DNA of 64,000 bases from Octopus vulgaris (taxonomy: Eukaryota), in contig OX597817.1 of assembly GCA_951406725.2 (NCBI GenBank), forward strand, positions 52,266,001 to 52,330,000, in the 5' to 3' direction. The notes below the pieces were generated by a model. The model had not been told where the DNA came from. It worked only from the letters and a program-made list of their open reading frames with translations, and searched no databases. The position numbers and the translations under genes are program-made. Shown here piece by piece: positions 13,088 through 26,177 of this stretch. Numbering within the stretch: position 1 is the stretch's first letter; each line of letters opens with the position of its first letter.

Positions 13088-14474
13088 TCCAATTAAATTT
13101 TTCCTTTCATAAATTCTTTTTCTTTTCTTCAATTATGTAACCTTGTTGAATCCATTCAGCTTTTGTGTATTCACATTTCTCTATTCCAATGAAGGTAACC
13201 ATCTGTCTCCCCTACAGCAAAACAACTGTTCCTATCCCTCTATCATACTTTAACCACTCATCCCCTTTCATAAAGCCATCAACCTTAGTTGAGGGGGTTT
13301 TGTATCACAAGTTACTTGGCAATCTCAATGGTACAGTGAAATGGTTTGCATTAGGGAGGACATCCAGTTGTAAAAACCATGCCAAAGCAGACATCAAAAT
13401 TTGCTGTAATCATGCCAACATGCAATCATAAAAAAAGTGGGCATTAAAACAACGATGTGAGTGTATGTATGTATAATCATTATATATGTATATATATCAT
13501 ATTCACTATGTATCATACATATGCATTATGTGTATATATAATCGGGTAGAAAAAGTCAACCCTGCAATATAGAAGGCTGTAATAGAGAACATGTGTGCGA
13601 TTAGTAACATGTGATTAACGTGAGGTGAAAAATAGCCTTCGTAAATACACGGATTTCTGTAACTCAGCTGTGGATGTGTGAATATATTTCCTTTTGTCGT
13701 AGCATTTGACGACAAATTTACCTTCCCTATATGGTTTTTTGGGAGGAACTTGGGTTCTTTTTTTAAAAATTTTTATGCGTGTAGGGGTAAGCCGATTTTA
13801 TTAACTCAATACGTGATCGTTATCAGCGTCACCTTACTGGCACCTGTGCCGGTGGCACGTGTAAAAAGATTCGAGCGAGATCATTGCCAGTACCACCTGA
13901 CTGGCCCCCGTGCCAGTGGCACGTAAAAGCACCCACTACACTCTCGGAGTGGTTGGCGTTAGGAAGGGCATCCAGCTGTAGAAACTCTACCAGATCAAGA
14001 TTGGAGCCTGGTGCGGCCGTCTGGTTCGCCAGCCCTCAGTCAAAATCCTCCAACCCATGCTAGCATGGATAGCGGACGTTAAACGATGATGATGATGATG
14101 ACGAATACCTTTATTATTTATAATTAACATTGCTAATTGACATTTTCGAGGACCATTTCTTCTAGTGTTGATTTTGTTGTTGTCGATATATATACAAACA
14201 CACACACACACATGCTTTTAATGGGAAACGGAAAGGATAGAGGTTTTTTTTCCAGTTTTATTTATTTAGTACACCTACTTTCATACAAACGGATGCTGAA
14301 AAACAAATTTTCCAAAATTTTATTTTACAAGTGTTTACTCCCGCCTCTCGTTTGCATACGGTTTCCTTTTCCCCATGAGGTACAGGGACTTCAAAGAAAC
14401 AGCTATTCCAAAAATCCGCCTACACACACACACAAAGATAATGTATGGGTATACTTTCGTGGAAATCTATGTAC

Positions 14475-14501
14475 CTTAAACACACACAAACGCAATGCAT
14501 T
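14475..14501 (-). CDS. Candidate 27-nt in-frame microexon (NALRLCVFK) of the minus-strand gene
   Basis: ttgtctatttttacag acceptor, AAG|gtacat donor, phase 0-0, compatible with the MSASVDQ exon. No homology support. Confidence 0.3.
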
Positions 14502-15379
14502 CTGTAAAAATAGACAACTAAATTTATACCCAGAATAGCAAACAGGTCATCACAAACGACTGAATTGTTGTTTCGGTAAATATCAATGCATGTGGATAGA
14601 GCAGATCACATCGAGAAGTTAAAATGGTTTTTTTAAACTATTTTAACTGACTCCTAAAACTAAGTACAACGAGTATAAGCAACGACAGCTCAGATAACGA
14701 CTGAATTCGGTTGTTTATCATTGTTGATTACCTATACACGAGTGATATCTCCCATAAATTGGTTAATTTATAATATATTACAAACAAACACTGCTAGGGT
14801 AGATGAACGAAAGCGGTTTGTAAGTCTGCAGGTTTCGGGCGAGATAGAAAATCAAAACATTGATAGAAAGGGTTTGTTTTGATGTATCTTTCTGAAATAA
14901 ATACGTACAAATTATGAGCTGCCTGAACATGGTTACAGATCCGAAGTTTGAGAACATAAAACAATACAAAAGGAGGGTGTAGGAAAACGAAGAGGAAGTA
15001 AGTGGGAATATATATGACATACCTATTTCTTTACTACCCACAAGGGGCTAAACACAGAGAGGACAAACAAGGACAGGCAGAGGGATTAAGTCGATTATAT
15101 GCGTAACTGGTACTTATTTAATCGACTCCGGAAGGATGAAAGGCAAAGTCGACCTCGGCGGAATTTGAACTCAGAACGTAGCGACAGACGAAATGCTGCT
15201 AAGTACTTCGCCCGGCGTGCTAACGGTTCTGTCAGCTCGCCGCCTTATGACATACCCCAGCATGGTCACAGCTCGAAGATTGAAAAACATGAAAGAATGG
15301 AGAGGTGGTAGGAATAGGAAGTAGGTTGTGGGTATATATATATAAATAAGGTGTTGAGCATGTGTATAAATTTTTTTAC

Positions 15380-15400
15380 CTGATCTACACTGGCAGACAT
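15380..15400 (-). CDS. YTHDF: Probable first coding exon of a YTH-domain m6A reader (MSASVDQ); whole exon 15380-15660 including 5' UTR
   Basis: Acceptor tttttctttttcctttctag, first ATG in the exon with an in-frame stop 30 nt upstream, CAG|gtaaaa donor. Peptide and phase-0 intron match the recalled YTHDF3 start MSATSVDQ|RPKGQ. Only 7 codons are visible. Confidence 0.55.
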
Positions 15401-17699
15401 CACAGATGAGTTTTGGCCTGAAAGACTTCAATGATGATGGTAGTAGTGGTGGTCGTGCGGGATGTTGTTGTTGTTGTTAGTAGTTGTAGTTGTAGTGGTA
15501 AGAGTAGAGTATTGTAGAGTGGTGGTCGGTTAGCGACAAGTTTGGCAAGTGTCCGTCCGTTTTAAGAGTGAAGGTCTTGGCTGTACGATAACCGACGATC
15601 AGTAAAGTGGTGGTGGTCACAGAGAACGGTGGGGGATACGAATACGTTTAAATTACACTGCTAGAAAGGAAAAAGAAAAATGCTATGTCCCTCTTCTGAT
15701 GAGTCCTTTTTTTTTTTCTTGTTCTCCCTCATTCGAGGGATTTTCCGAGATGGGAGTGGGGCAAACAAATGCTAAAAACTCCAGGAATAGAATACATGTA
15801 AAAGAAAAAATACACTTATTAACAATTTTGCCCTTGGAATTTTTTAAGGGATATTTCCTTTCCCTGTGAGTTTGCTTCCTTGTGTAGAACTTTTGAGGGG
15901 TAAAAATTTTGCGGGTAAAAAAACCTTTGAAGATATATAGAATGAAGGGAGGGGACGGCTTGCGGGTAAGAGGGGCCCAACAAACCCCTTGAGGTCCGTT
16001 AAGAATATATATATATATGTATATAGTTATACATACATATATATATATTTATGCATGTAGAAAGGCTCCAGTAAAGGCGGTTTGCCAGTGAATGTAGCTT
16101 GTGAAGTGACGGAGCAAGAAAGTGAGGAGGAGTAGTATGAGTTGGGGTGATAGTTGTGGTGGCGGTCATTCAGGGATCGCAGTTAATAATGACGCTGAGG
16201 ACGTTGGTAAATATTCTGGACCTTGATCGTCGACTCTGAAGAAAAAGACACAAGGAAAAAAATAATAGAATCCAACAAATAATTAACAATTTTAATTAAA
16301 ATCTTGCTCATATCTATTTGCAACACTCTTTCTTTGTTCTCCTATTTTTTTAATATACACTGTTCCTTCTATGCTCACAGGTCGTATGTATGTGTATATA
16401 TATATAGACACACACACATATATATATATATACATACACATACTCATACACGTGTGTGTATGTGTATATATACACACACATGTGTATGAATATGTATGTA
16501 TGTGCGTATTTCCCCTATTTCTTTTTAATTCCGCTACAATTAAATTAGTTCTTTTTTGTCGATTTGTACATATATGGAAATCTTGTTTCCATGTATGCAT
16601 AGAGACAAAAATACTTTAATGCAAGACAAATTTAAAAAATTTAATAAGCACCCAAGAAATCGCATTACAGCTTATAATTTAATTTCTTGTGGTATTGAGC
16701 AAAAAAATTCCGCCAGAGTTGATAATTATTAGCGCAATTCTGTGGCTAAGTGTCCTGATTATGTTTATATTCTTCTTCTAAAGGAAAAATATCAAAGCTT
16801 TTCTTTCCTTTTGAGTTTATTTCGATTGCTTTTTATTTTTATCTGTTTTTCAACAATTGTTAATTTAGTTACGAAACATTTAATAATAAATTTGTCGGTT
16901 TTAATTAATAAATCTTTAAGAGCAAGGATCGTGTTTGTTTTAGGCTTTGCAGATAAAACTTAAAGGTTACCTTTTTGTATATGTAAATACAAATTACCGA
17001 TAGAAAACCATTTAACGATGACCAAACTTCGGTTCCCGGTACATTTTTAGTCACAAATGAAGAATAATAAAAGAACTGAGATGCAAGGTGGTGAGGGGGG
17101 AGTTGGACAAGTTCTCGCACTAATTAGAAGCAACCGTAAAAAGGAACGAAATTTTAGCGTAATAATATAATTATAAATTTTATTTGGAAAAAAAGAAAAA
17201 AAGTGTTATGCTTTCTTCTTTATTGTGTCACATTTAAAATAAAAATGATATATTTAAATAAGGAGAGGAAAACGCGCGGTAAAATATATAAATAACATTA
17301 ATTTCATGAAACGGACCGGCGGAAAAAGAACCGCAGTGAATACAGCTCGGGGCTTCCTAAGAAGGACGAAGGGGTTAGGAGACTCATTGTTCGTGTTATC
17401 GTGTTTGTAAGGGGTTCTTTGATTGTTTGTGGGGTTATTTCCCATGTTATATACATATATATATTGACAAAAGAAAACCATACATATTTCTCGACAAGTT
17501 ATCAGGTCACAAAGAAGTCATCGTGGTACATTCAAAAGTCTCCCCCACCACGATCTGTTGATCTGGTTCCGAGAAAACAAACTCATAACCTATATATATA
17601 TATATATTATGCATCTTGTGACTACGCAGAAGATCTCTAAATCATAAGAGATAACAAATATGTAGTTCGGTTCACTTTTTTTTTATTTAATATATAAAA

Positions 17700-18330
17700 T
17701 AAATTGAGACGGTTTGGGTATGGTGTCGAAGCAAACTCAATCTTCCCGGAAGCTAACCTCATTATTCGCTCATCTTTTTCCCTCCTCGCGCATATATATC
17801 ATTCTCAGGAGGGATCATTTTAGGTAATGGTTCATATTATGTTTCCATAGAACTTTAGTGGTTAGGTTGATGGTATGGTCCGTGTTACAGAGGTGAAAGT
17901 TTATATTTAAAATGCCCGTTAGTAGGTGTAGTGGTGCGGTCTACTTCGCGACACGCGCGCACTTCACGCACATAAATGTATACACACACACTCTGGTTCT
18001 TTGCAAAATAAAAAATGCTGCTACAGCAATCAAGATAGCACTGGTATTTTGGATTTCGTTGTCATTAAATCAAGCGTGCAAAAAGTTTTTTAAAAAAGTG
18101 GTGGGGTATGATATATGGTTTGACTTTATATACAGCAACACTGACACCAATCACACACACATCGTTCACCTCTAAATAACATAAAAGATTAATTAAAACT
18201 TAAATGTTTAATATTAATTTTTTTTAACAATTAAGCTTTAAAACACGTGATAAACTGACGTCACACGTCTTACATTCATTTTCGCCAAATTTTATGGACG
18301 TTTAGTCTTATTTTCGTAGTCAGGTACTCG
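17700..18330. promoter_or_regulatory. CpG-retaining promoter region with adjacent E-box and CRE
   Basis: Repeat-free and CpG-rich. CACGTG at 18244-18249, TGACGTCA at 18256-18263. Candidate first-exon donors GAG|gttagc (minus, ~17757) and CAG|gtactc (plus, ~18323). Confidence 0.55.
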
Positions 18331-20009
18331 TTCTATCGCCAATGGTTATATATTTCCTCATAGATATTCCTTTGATTAAGAACATGAATTTTTAGTTAGA
18401 AAAAATTATTCAACACACACATAGATATATTTAGAGAAAAATAGCATAAGTGCATTTATGTGCGCGTGTGTGTATATATCAACAACATCATTTAACGTAT
18501 GTCTTTCAAACTGGCATGGATTAGACTTTCAGATTATTTGACAAGCTGGACGACTGCGTCGAGTTCTCGTATCTGATTTGACATGGTTTCTACTGCTGGA
18601 TGCCTTTCCTAATATCAACCATTTGAGTGGCTGTGTGGTAAGTAGCTTGCTTACCAACCACATGGTTCTGGGTTCAGTCCCACTGCGTGGCAACTTGGGC
18701 AAGTGACTTCTACTATAGCCTCGGGCCGACCAAGGCCGTGTGAGTGGATTTGGTAGACGGAACCTGAAAGAAGCCCGTCGTATATATGTATATATATATA
18801 TGTATGTGTGTGTATATATTTGTGTGCCTGTGTTTGTTCCACCACCATCGCTTGACAACAGATGCTGGTGTGTTTACGTCTCCATAACTTAGCGGTTCGG
18901 CAAAACAGACCGATAGAATAAGTACTAGGCTTTCAAAAAATAAGTCCTGGGGTCGATTTGCTTGACTAAATGCGGTGCTCCAGCATGGCCGCTGTCAAAT
19001 GACTGAAAGAAGTAAAAGAGTGAACTAGGTGCTTTCTTCCACATGTCTTAGTGGTTAGGTTGTTGCATTCACAATTACAAGACTTTGCTTTCGATTCCCC
19101 CGCCGTGAGATGCCTTGTTTTTTTTTTAACAAAACACTTCATTTCACATTGCTCCAGTCCCACTGAGCTTTGATTGATTAACTCTGCGATGGACTGGCAT
19201 TCTATTCTGTAATAATGTTGTCATCTCAATCACTTATGTGCCATGGAAACTGGGTAAAACACCCTAAAACTTGAAACAGTAATCTCCCGGGATTGTTTGT
19301 TGATGATAATGCTCCAGTGAGTTTATCTAGTAACTTGCAAAATGCGGAGAAAAGTCTTCCCAACTGAGCGAGGGTGTAGTAGAGAGAGTGGTGGCTTTAT
19401 GCCAGGTGTGGAGAGGCTAAAGTATGATAAAGGGACAGGAACAGATGCTGTGCATGGGAAGACTCGTCAGGCCAAGTTAAATCAAAGTTGTGGCCATGCT
19501 GATGTCATGAAACCATAGTCATGGCCATTGCCAGTGCCATGTAAGCAGCACCTGTGAAATCAGAGTCAGACTGTTGTCAGTACCTTGTAAATGGTACCTG
19601 TGAGTCGGAGTTGTGGTTGTCGAGTAAGTACCAGACTTTAAAAAAAATAATAAATAAGCACCGGGGTAGATACAGTCAGCTAAAAATTCTTCAAGGTGGT
19701 GCCCCAGCATGACCACAGTCTAATGACTGAATCAAATAAAAGATAAATCAACTGACAATTTTCACTGATAATAGTATGTCCTTTTACAAGGAGGTCATCA
19801 TATGTTGTTGGAGAAGATTATCCAGATGTGGCCCCAGTTTCAGGGAATGTTCTTCTCAATTTGAAGCACTTGTACTTCTTGTGATATTGCATATCATGTC
19901 CAGAAAATTTGTTAGACAAATTTGCCATTATGGACAATGATAAAATGTATTATATCAGCTTTCCTTAAAATAAAAAAAAAAAGAATGATGAAAGCATTAA
20001 ATAAGTATG

Positions 20010-20331
20010 TATTTCACTTTTGGATTTGGTTTGCAAGATTCTTTATATGAGTTCGTGTGTTGAAGCATATTCTGTTGTATCTAGGGAGAGTCATTTTCTT
20101 TTTGTGCCTTATTATTTAACACACTCACCGATAAAATTTCCACTTATTTTTTTATTGTCCTAAAATTTTCGTTGTGTCTTGTAACCTTTTCAAAGCTATT
20201 GAAAAGGTTGCAAGACGCAGTGAAAATCTTAGGACAATAAAAATAAGAAAAAAGTGGAAATTTTACCGGTGAGTGTGTTAAATAATAAGGCACAAAAAGA
20301 AAATGACTCTCCCCAGACACAACAAAATATG
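20010..20331. mobile_element. Penelope-type foldback (~130-bp arms, centre ~20195)
   Basis: Near-perfect inverted repeat 20066-20331 with a degenerate hammerhead-like core TTGAAAA-g-gttgc..gcagt-GAAA near the centre. Confidence 0.65.
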
Positions 20332-22034
20332 TCTTTATTCAACATCAAACATTAATAAAACTTGTGGTGAGATCATTAAAAACATATTTTCTTATAGCCG
20401 CCAGTTTTCCTACAGCAAAACTTTCTATGGTGAAATTTCTATAACCATTACATATGTCTGAAACCATCTGCCCCACTGGATTGTTGGAGCATTAGAAATC
20501 AACACCATCTTTTTAACATTCACTTATCCATGCTTGCATTAGTCAGACATTGGGAAAGATTGGAATTGAACACTGCCACTTGTATGAAGGTGAAGCTTGT
20601 TTACAACTATTGTGTAATGTCAAGACATAAGTCTAGTAGGGTACCAAGAGCACCATCTGAGCGTGATCGTTGCCAGAGTGGCTAACTGGCTTCTGTGTCG
20701 ATGGCACGTAAAAGGGCACCATTCGAGCATGATCGTTACCAGCATTGCCTTACTGGCACCTGTGCCGGTAGCATGTGTAAAAACATTCGAGTGAGGTCAT
20801 TGCCAGTATCGCCTGACTGGCCCCATGCCGGTGGCACGTAAAAAGCACCCACTATACTCTTGGAGTGGTTGGCGTTAGGAAGGGCATCCAGCTGTAGAAA
20901 ATCTGCCAGATCAAGATTGGAGCCTGGTGCAGCCATCTGGTTCGCCAGTCCTCAGTCAAAATCGTCCAACCCATGCTAGCATGGAAAGCGGACGTTAGTC
21001 GATGATGATGATGTAATACTCTTTTACTTATTTCAGTCATGTGATTGCGGCCATGCTGGAGCACCACCTTTAGTTGAGGAAATCGACACCCAGGACTTAT
21101 TCTTTGTAAGCCTAGTACTTATTCTAATTATATCGGTCTCTTTTGCTGAACCGCTAAGTTACAGGGACATAAACACACCAGCATCGGTTGTCAAGCGATG
21201 TTGGGGGGACAAACACAGACACACAACGACATACACACATATATATACATATATACAACAGGCTTCTTTCAGTTTCCATCTACCAAATCCACTCAAGGCT
21301 TTGGTCGGCCCGAGGCTATAGTAAAAGACACCTGCCCAAGGTGCCACGCAGTGGGACTAAACCCAGAACCATGTGTTTGGTAAGCAAGCTACTTACCACA
21401 TAGCCACTCCTGCGCCTATTAATGATTGTATGTAGCAGAAAACTGACCAAAAGAAAAATATTAGTTGAAATGACCCTTTATTTTCATCATAACAATATAA
21501 GATATAACTTCTTCGAATTGTTGTTATACACAGATTATTTGTTGTTCTGTAATCTATTCTGTATTCTGTAGGTAGTTAAGTTCATCTTTCACTGATTGCT
21601 AGAAGGATGAATAAAAGAGAGAGATAAAGAATAAAACGATTTAACTCTCTTTGTTGACAAATAGAGAGGCTGGAAGTTGTGGGAGTCACACAGAGACAAA
21701 TCATAAGTGAAGGGAGAAAACCACAGAATATGCTCTCAGCATATAAGTCTTTCATTGATCAAATTGCAACAGATCTCCAGGTACACAGCTCATTCGTTCA
21801 CTCAACCATGATGAGATTGATGACTAACTGATGTCATATGATTTGACTATTATTAGACTGAAGGTCAAGATTACCAAACAAGACTGGATACAGTACTACT
21901 AGCACAGTTTTGAGAACACTTTGCCAGCTGGTCAGCATACTCACGTACATTTTAAAAGTCCAGTTTCTTTTGGGACAGACATCATATGTGTGTGTGTGTA
22001 TATGTATATACACACACACACACACACACATATG

Positions 22035-22073
<39 letters not shown>

Positions 22074-23416
22074 CATCATCATCATCATCGTTTAACGTCC
22101 GTTCTCCATGCTAGCATGGATTGGACGGTTCGACCGGGGATCTGGGAAGCCAGAAGGCTGCACCAGGCTCCAGTCTTATCTGGCAATGTTTCTACAGCTG
22201 GATGCCCTTCCTAACGCCAAACACTCCGTGAGTGTAATGGGTGCTTTTTACGTACCACCTGCACAGGTGCCAGGCGAGGCTGGCAACGGCCACGGTCGGA
22301 TTGGTGTATTTTACGTGCCACCGGCACGGAGGCCAGTCGAGGCGGCACTGGCATCGGCCACGAGTCGGATAGTGCTTTTTACGTACCACCAGACCAGGGA
22401 TCCTGGCTGGTTCAATTCGATTTCGATTTCGCTTGCCCCAACATGTCTTCGCAAGCAAAGGGGGTTGGCATGGGTGCCTGTCGTTGGATGAGGTTCTATA
22501 TCGACTTCGCTTGCCTCAACAGGTCTTTGTGTCCAAGGGAGGAAAGGCATGCATAAGTGGGCTGGGCTCACTTGACTTGCCTGGTCTTCTCACGTACAGC
22601 ATATTTCCAAAGGTCTCGGTCGCTGGTCATTTCCTCAGTGAGGCCTAAAGTTCGAAGGTCGTGCTTCACCACCTCGTCCCAGGTTTTGCTGGGTCTACCT
22701 CTTCCACGGGTTCTCTCAACTGCTAGGGATTGGCACTTTCTCACACACCTATCTTCATCCATTCTCGCCACATGACCATACCAGCGCAATCGTCTCTCTT
22801 GCACACCACAACTGATGCTTCTTAGGTACAACATTTCTCTCAAGGTACCAACGCTCTGTCGAGTATGTACACTGACATTACACATCCATCGGAGCATACT
22901 GGCTTCATTCCTCACAAGCTTACGCATGTCCTCAGCAGTCACAGCCCATGTTTCACTGCCATGTAGCATGGCTGTTCATACACATGCATCATACAGTCTG
23001 CCTTTTACTCTGAGCGAGAGGCCTTTAGTCACCAGCAGAGGTAAGAGCTCCCTAAACTTTGCCAGGCTATTCTTATTCTAGCAGTTACACTTTCAGCACA
23101 CCCACCCCAACTACTGACTTGGTCACCTAGATAACGGAAGCTATCAACTACTTCTAGTTTTTCCCCCTGGAATGTGACGGAAGTTGTTTTCTGCAGATTT
23201 TCGGAGGTTAATGCTCCCGAGCATCTGCCACATACAAAAACTATCTTCCCAGTTAGCCTACCTTTGACATTGCTGCACCTCTTATGTGTCCATTGCTTAC
23301 ACTGGGTACATCTTATAGAGTTTCTACCTACACTTTTTCTACAGATCGAGCAGGGCCATCTTCCTGAAGACATTTGTGGATTGTCTACCTTCCTACTTAT
23401 TACGACTTTGGTTTTA
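22074..23416 (-). mobile_element. 5'-truncated RTE LINE (PHD finger, C-terminal ORF region, 3' UTR)
   Basis: [32 protein letters not shown] and RRLRWYGHVARM; frameshifts; (GAT)n tail; both ends lie in (TA)n. Confidence 0.92.
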
Positions 23417-23439
23417 GATATATATATGTATATATATGC

Positions 23440-23472
<33 letters not shown>

Positions 23473-23533
23473 CATATGTATATATGTATATACACACACA
23501 CACATATATATATGTATATACATACACACACAC

Positions 23534-23830
23534 CTATATATATAAAACTGAGAATGTGTGTCTGTCTGTCAGTCTGTGTGAATCCCTAAAACTTGAGAAC
23601 TACACAACCAATTTCATTCAAATTTTACACATGCCTTACTTAGGGTCCATGTAGTGTCTAACTTCTTGCCTAGGGCGAGCCCACAGCAATATTATATCTT
23701 CTCCACTATTTCAGTATTACGTGTCAAAAGTGAAACAAAAACATCTCTCTATTGTAATGTCAGATACTTTCACTTTAATAGCGAAATATAAGTGGCATGA
23801 ACTGTATGTGAACATCCCTCTTATATGTAT
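23534..23830 (+). mobile_element. Non-autonomous Helitron 5' fragment; related 5' ends at ~9580 and 56776-57222
   Basis: ctatatatataaaactgagaatgtgtgtctgtctgtc start; the 56.8-kb copy ends in CTAG|T. Confidence 0.55.
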
Positions 23831-23946
23831 GTAATATAATTTCTTCTGAAACTTCACACTTTTCAATATGCTACACCACTGATTTTAATTTGATATTAAT
23901 CAAATTAATATTCAAATTTTCACCCTTATTATATTAAATTTAAATT

Positions 23947-23995
<49 letters not shown>

Positions 23996-24603
23996 TTATA
24001 TACATGTATATATATACATGTATTTCTATACATATAGGTGTATATGTATACATGTATTTGTGTGGATGTATATATATATAAATATATATGGAGGTCGGGC
24101 GGCTCTCAATTGACCAACCGTGAGGAAGATAATGATAATTTTAAATTCAAATCCAATAGTGTATTTATGTCATAAGGAAAATTACTAACTGGAACCAGGA
24201 TATACATATATACCGCTCTGGATCCTAATGTAAGCGTTATTAATAATATTATGAATGATAATAATGATAACATTAATGGTATTGACAACGATAATGATGC
24301 TAACTTTAAAGACACTTTAGACATTATTATGAAGTAATATAATGTACAATTCACTATGTATATTTGCATCTAGGTACTAATTTGTGTATGTTTATTATCA
24401 CAATATTAAGTCGAAAAACTGAGACATTGGATGTGGAACACATATATATGTTTACTAATTTATATTATTTATTTATATCATTATGTATATTTATATTTTT
24501 ATATGTATAGGAGTGTGAGTATATGCACTCATATGTATATGTTGTATTATGGGTATGCACCCACACCCATGTGGGTATATATGTAGACTGATTTTATTAC
24601 ATA

Positions 24604-24730
24604 ATCTCCGAAGAGGCCTCATGATATTTTTGTAAATGTCTCATTTATATCTATATATTGACCAACCATAAGGGGCTAATATTGGTAAAATGAGACATAC
24701 CTATCTACATGGCCGAAACAGCTGTAAGAT
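24604..24730 (+). ncRNA. Penelope-type hammerhead variant with long stem II, inside a PLE remnant (~24090-24960)
   Basis: atct-CCGAAGA-ggcc...ggcc-GAAAC-agct-GTA-agat; the stem II insert has its own helix atgtctcattt/aaatgagacat. Confidence 0.65.
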
Positions 24731-24972
24731 GTAATCTATACTTACATTTATATTTACTTATATTTATATTCTCTTTTATATATATTCCACTTATTATACA
24801 ACATTACTCTTTTATGTACACTTTTTTATGTACATTCCTTTATGTACACTGTTTTGTTCTGCTTTTATATTTAACCCTATAGTCTCTTATGTAGTGGTTT
24901 GATAAAGTATGTGATTGAGTATCATCTGGTAATTGATATTTGATTTAGATGTATTTCTCCATTTTCTTATCT

Positions 24973-25020
<48 letters not shown>

Positions 25021-25494
25021 TGTACATGTAATATGTACACATATATATACACATATATACAGGCATACATAAACACAAACACACACACACACATACAGGT
25101 GCAGGTGTGGCTGTGTGGTAACAAACTTTGTTCCAAAACACATGGACCTGGGTTCAGTCCCACTGTGTGGTGACTCAGCATGTGTCTTCTGCTATAGCCT
25201 CAGACCAACCAAAGCCTTGTCAGTGGATTTTGTAGACAGAAACTGAAAGAAATCAATCGTATTTATATGTATATATGTAAGTCTATGTGTGTGTGTTTGT
25301 GTTTCTCCTTCATCACTGCTTCACAACTGCTGTTCGTTTATTTACATCCCCATAACTTACTGGTTTCACAAGAAGAAACTGATAGAATAAGTACCAGGCT
25401 TATCAAAAAAAAAAAAAGAAAACCACTTCGCAGTATCTCATATTTTTTTTGCCCACACAGTTTACCTTTGTGTGTGTGTGTGTGTGTGTGTATA

Positions 25495-25831
25495 CATATA
25501 CAGACTGCAAACCCCTTGATTATTATGTGTGGGGCACAGTTGAGCGAGAGATCAACAAAACAACTCCTTGTAACACCAAAGATGAACTAGAGGCAAGAAT
25601 TATGACAGCATTGATCAACTTAAACAAGGAGACCGTCCAGAAGAGCTGCAAAAGATTCCAAAGTTGTCTGGAGGTCATGGTTCAGCCAATGGTGATTTTA
25701 TTGAATAAATTCACTCTTTAGTACTTCAAGATATTTTTATGTAATTTTGGTAAATATATCTGTTAAAATGATATGTCAGTGTTATTTTCATTTTTGTGTA
25801 ATTTAGATGCCAGTTTATTCACCACACCCTG
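25495..25831 (+). mobile_element. Tc1/mariner-superfamily 3' remnant
   Basis: DCKPLDYYVWG motif; ends ...cacaccctg|TA. Confidence 0.75.
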
Positions 25832-26177
25832 TATATGTATATTGGCTCCCATGCTGATGGCACGTAAAATGCACCATTCAAGCATGGCCAATGCCAGTAC
25901 TGCCTGACTGGCCTTTGTGCCAGTGGCACGTAAAAAGCACCCACTGCACTCTCAGAGTTGTTGGCGTTAGGAAGAGCATCCAGCTGTAGAAACATTGCCA
26001 GATTGGAAAGCGAATGTTAAATGACAACGATGATAATGATATGAAATGGCTGTAAGATATGATATGAAACAGATGCAAGAAGCTAAGAAAACAAATTTGT
26101 TAATAATAAATAATTAACTTCCTTATCTCCATTTACTTTTCTTCATTTAACTGGATATAAACTATATGCTTGATATA

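Noticed and set aside
14778-14891. Minus-strand acceptor ttatttcag followed by an open frame (KDTSKQ...)
   Set aside because: No convincing donor and no YTHDF similarity; cannot be told from chance.
15697-15750. CTGATGAGTCC hammerhead-like start
   Set aside because: No GGAC-GAAA partner or stem III follows.
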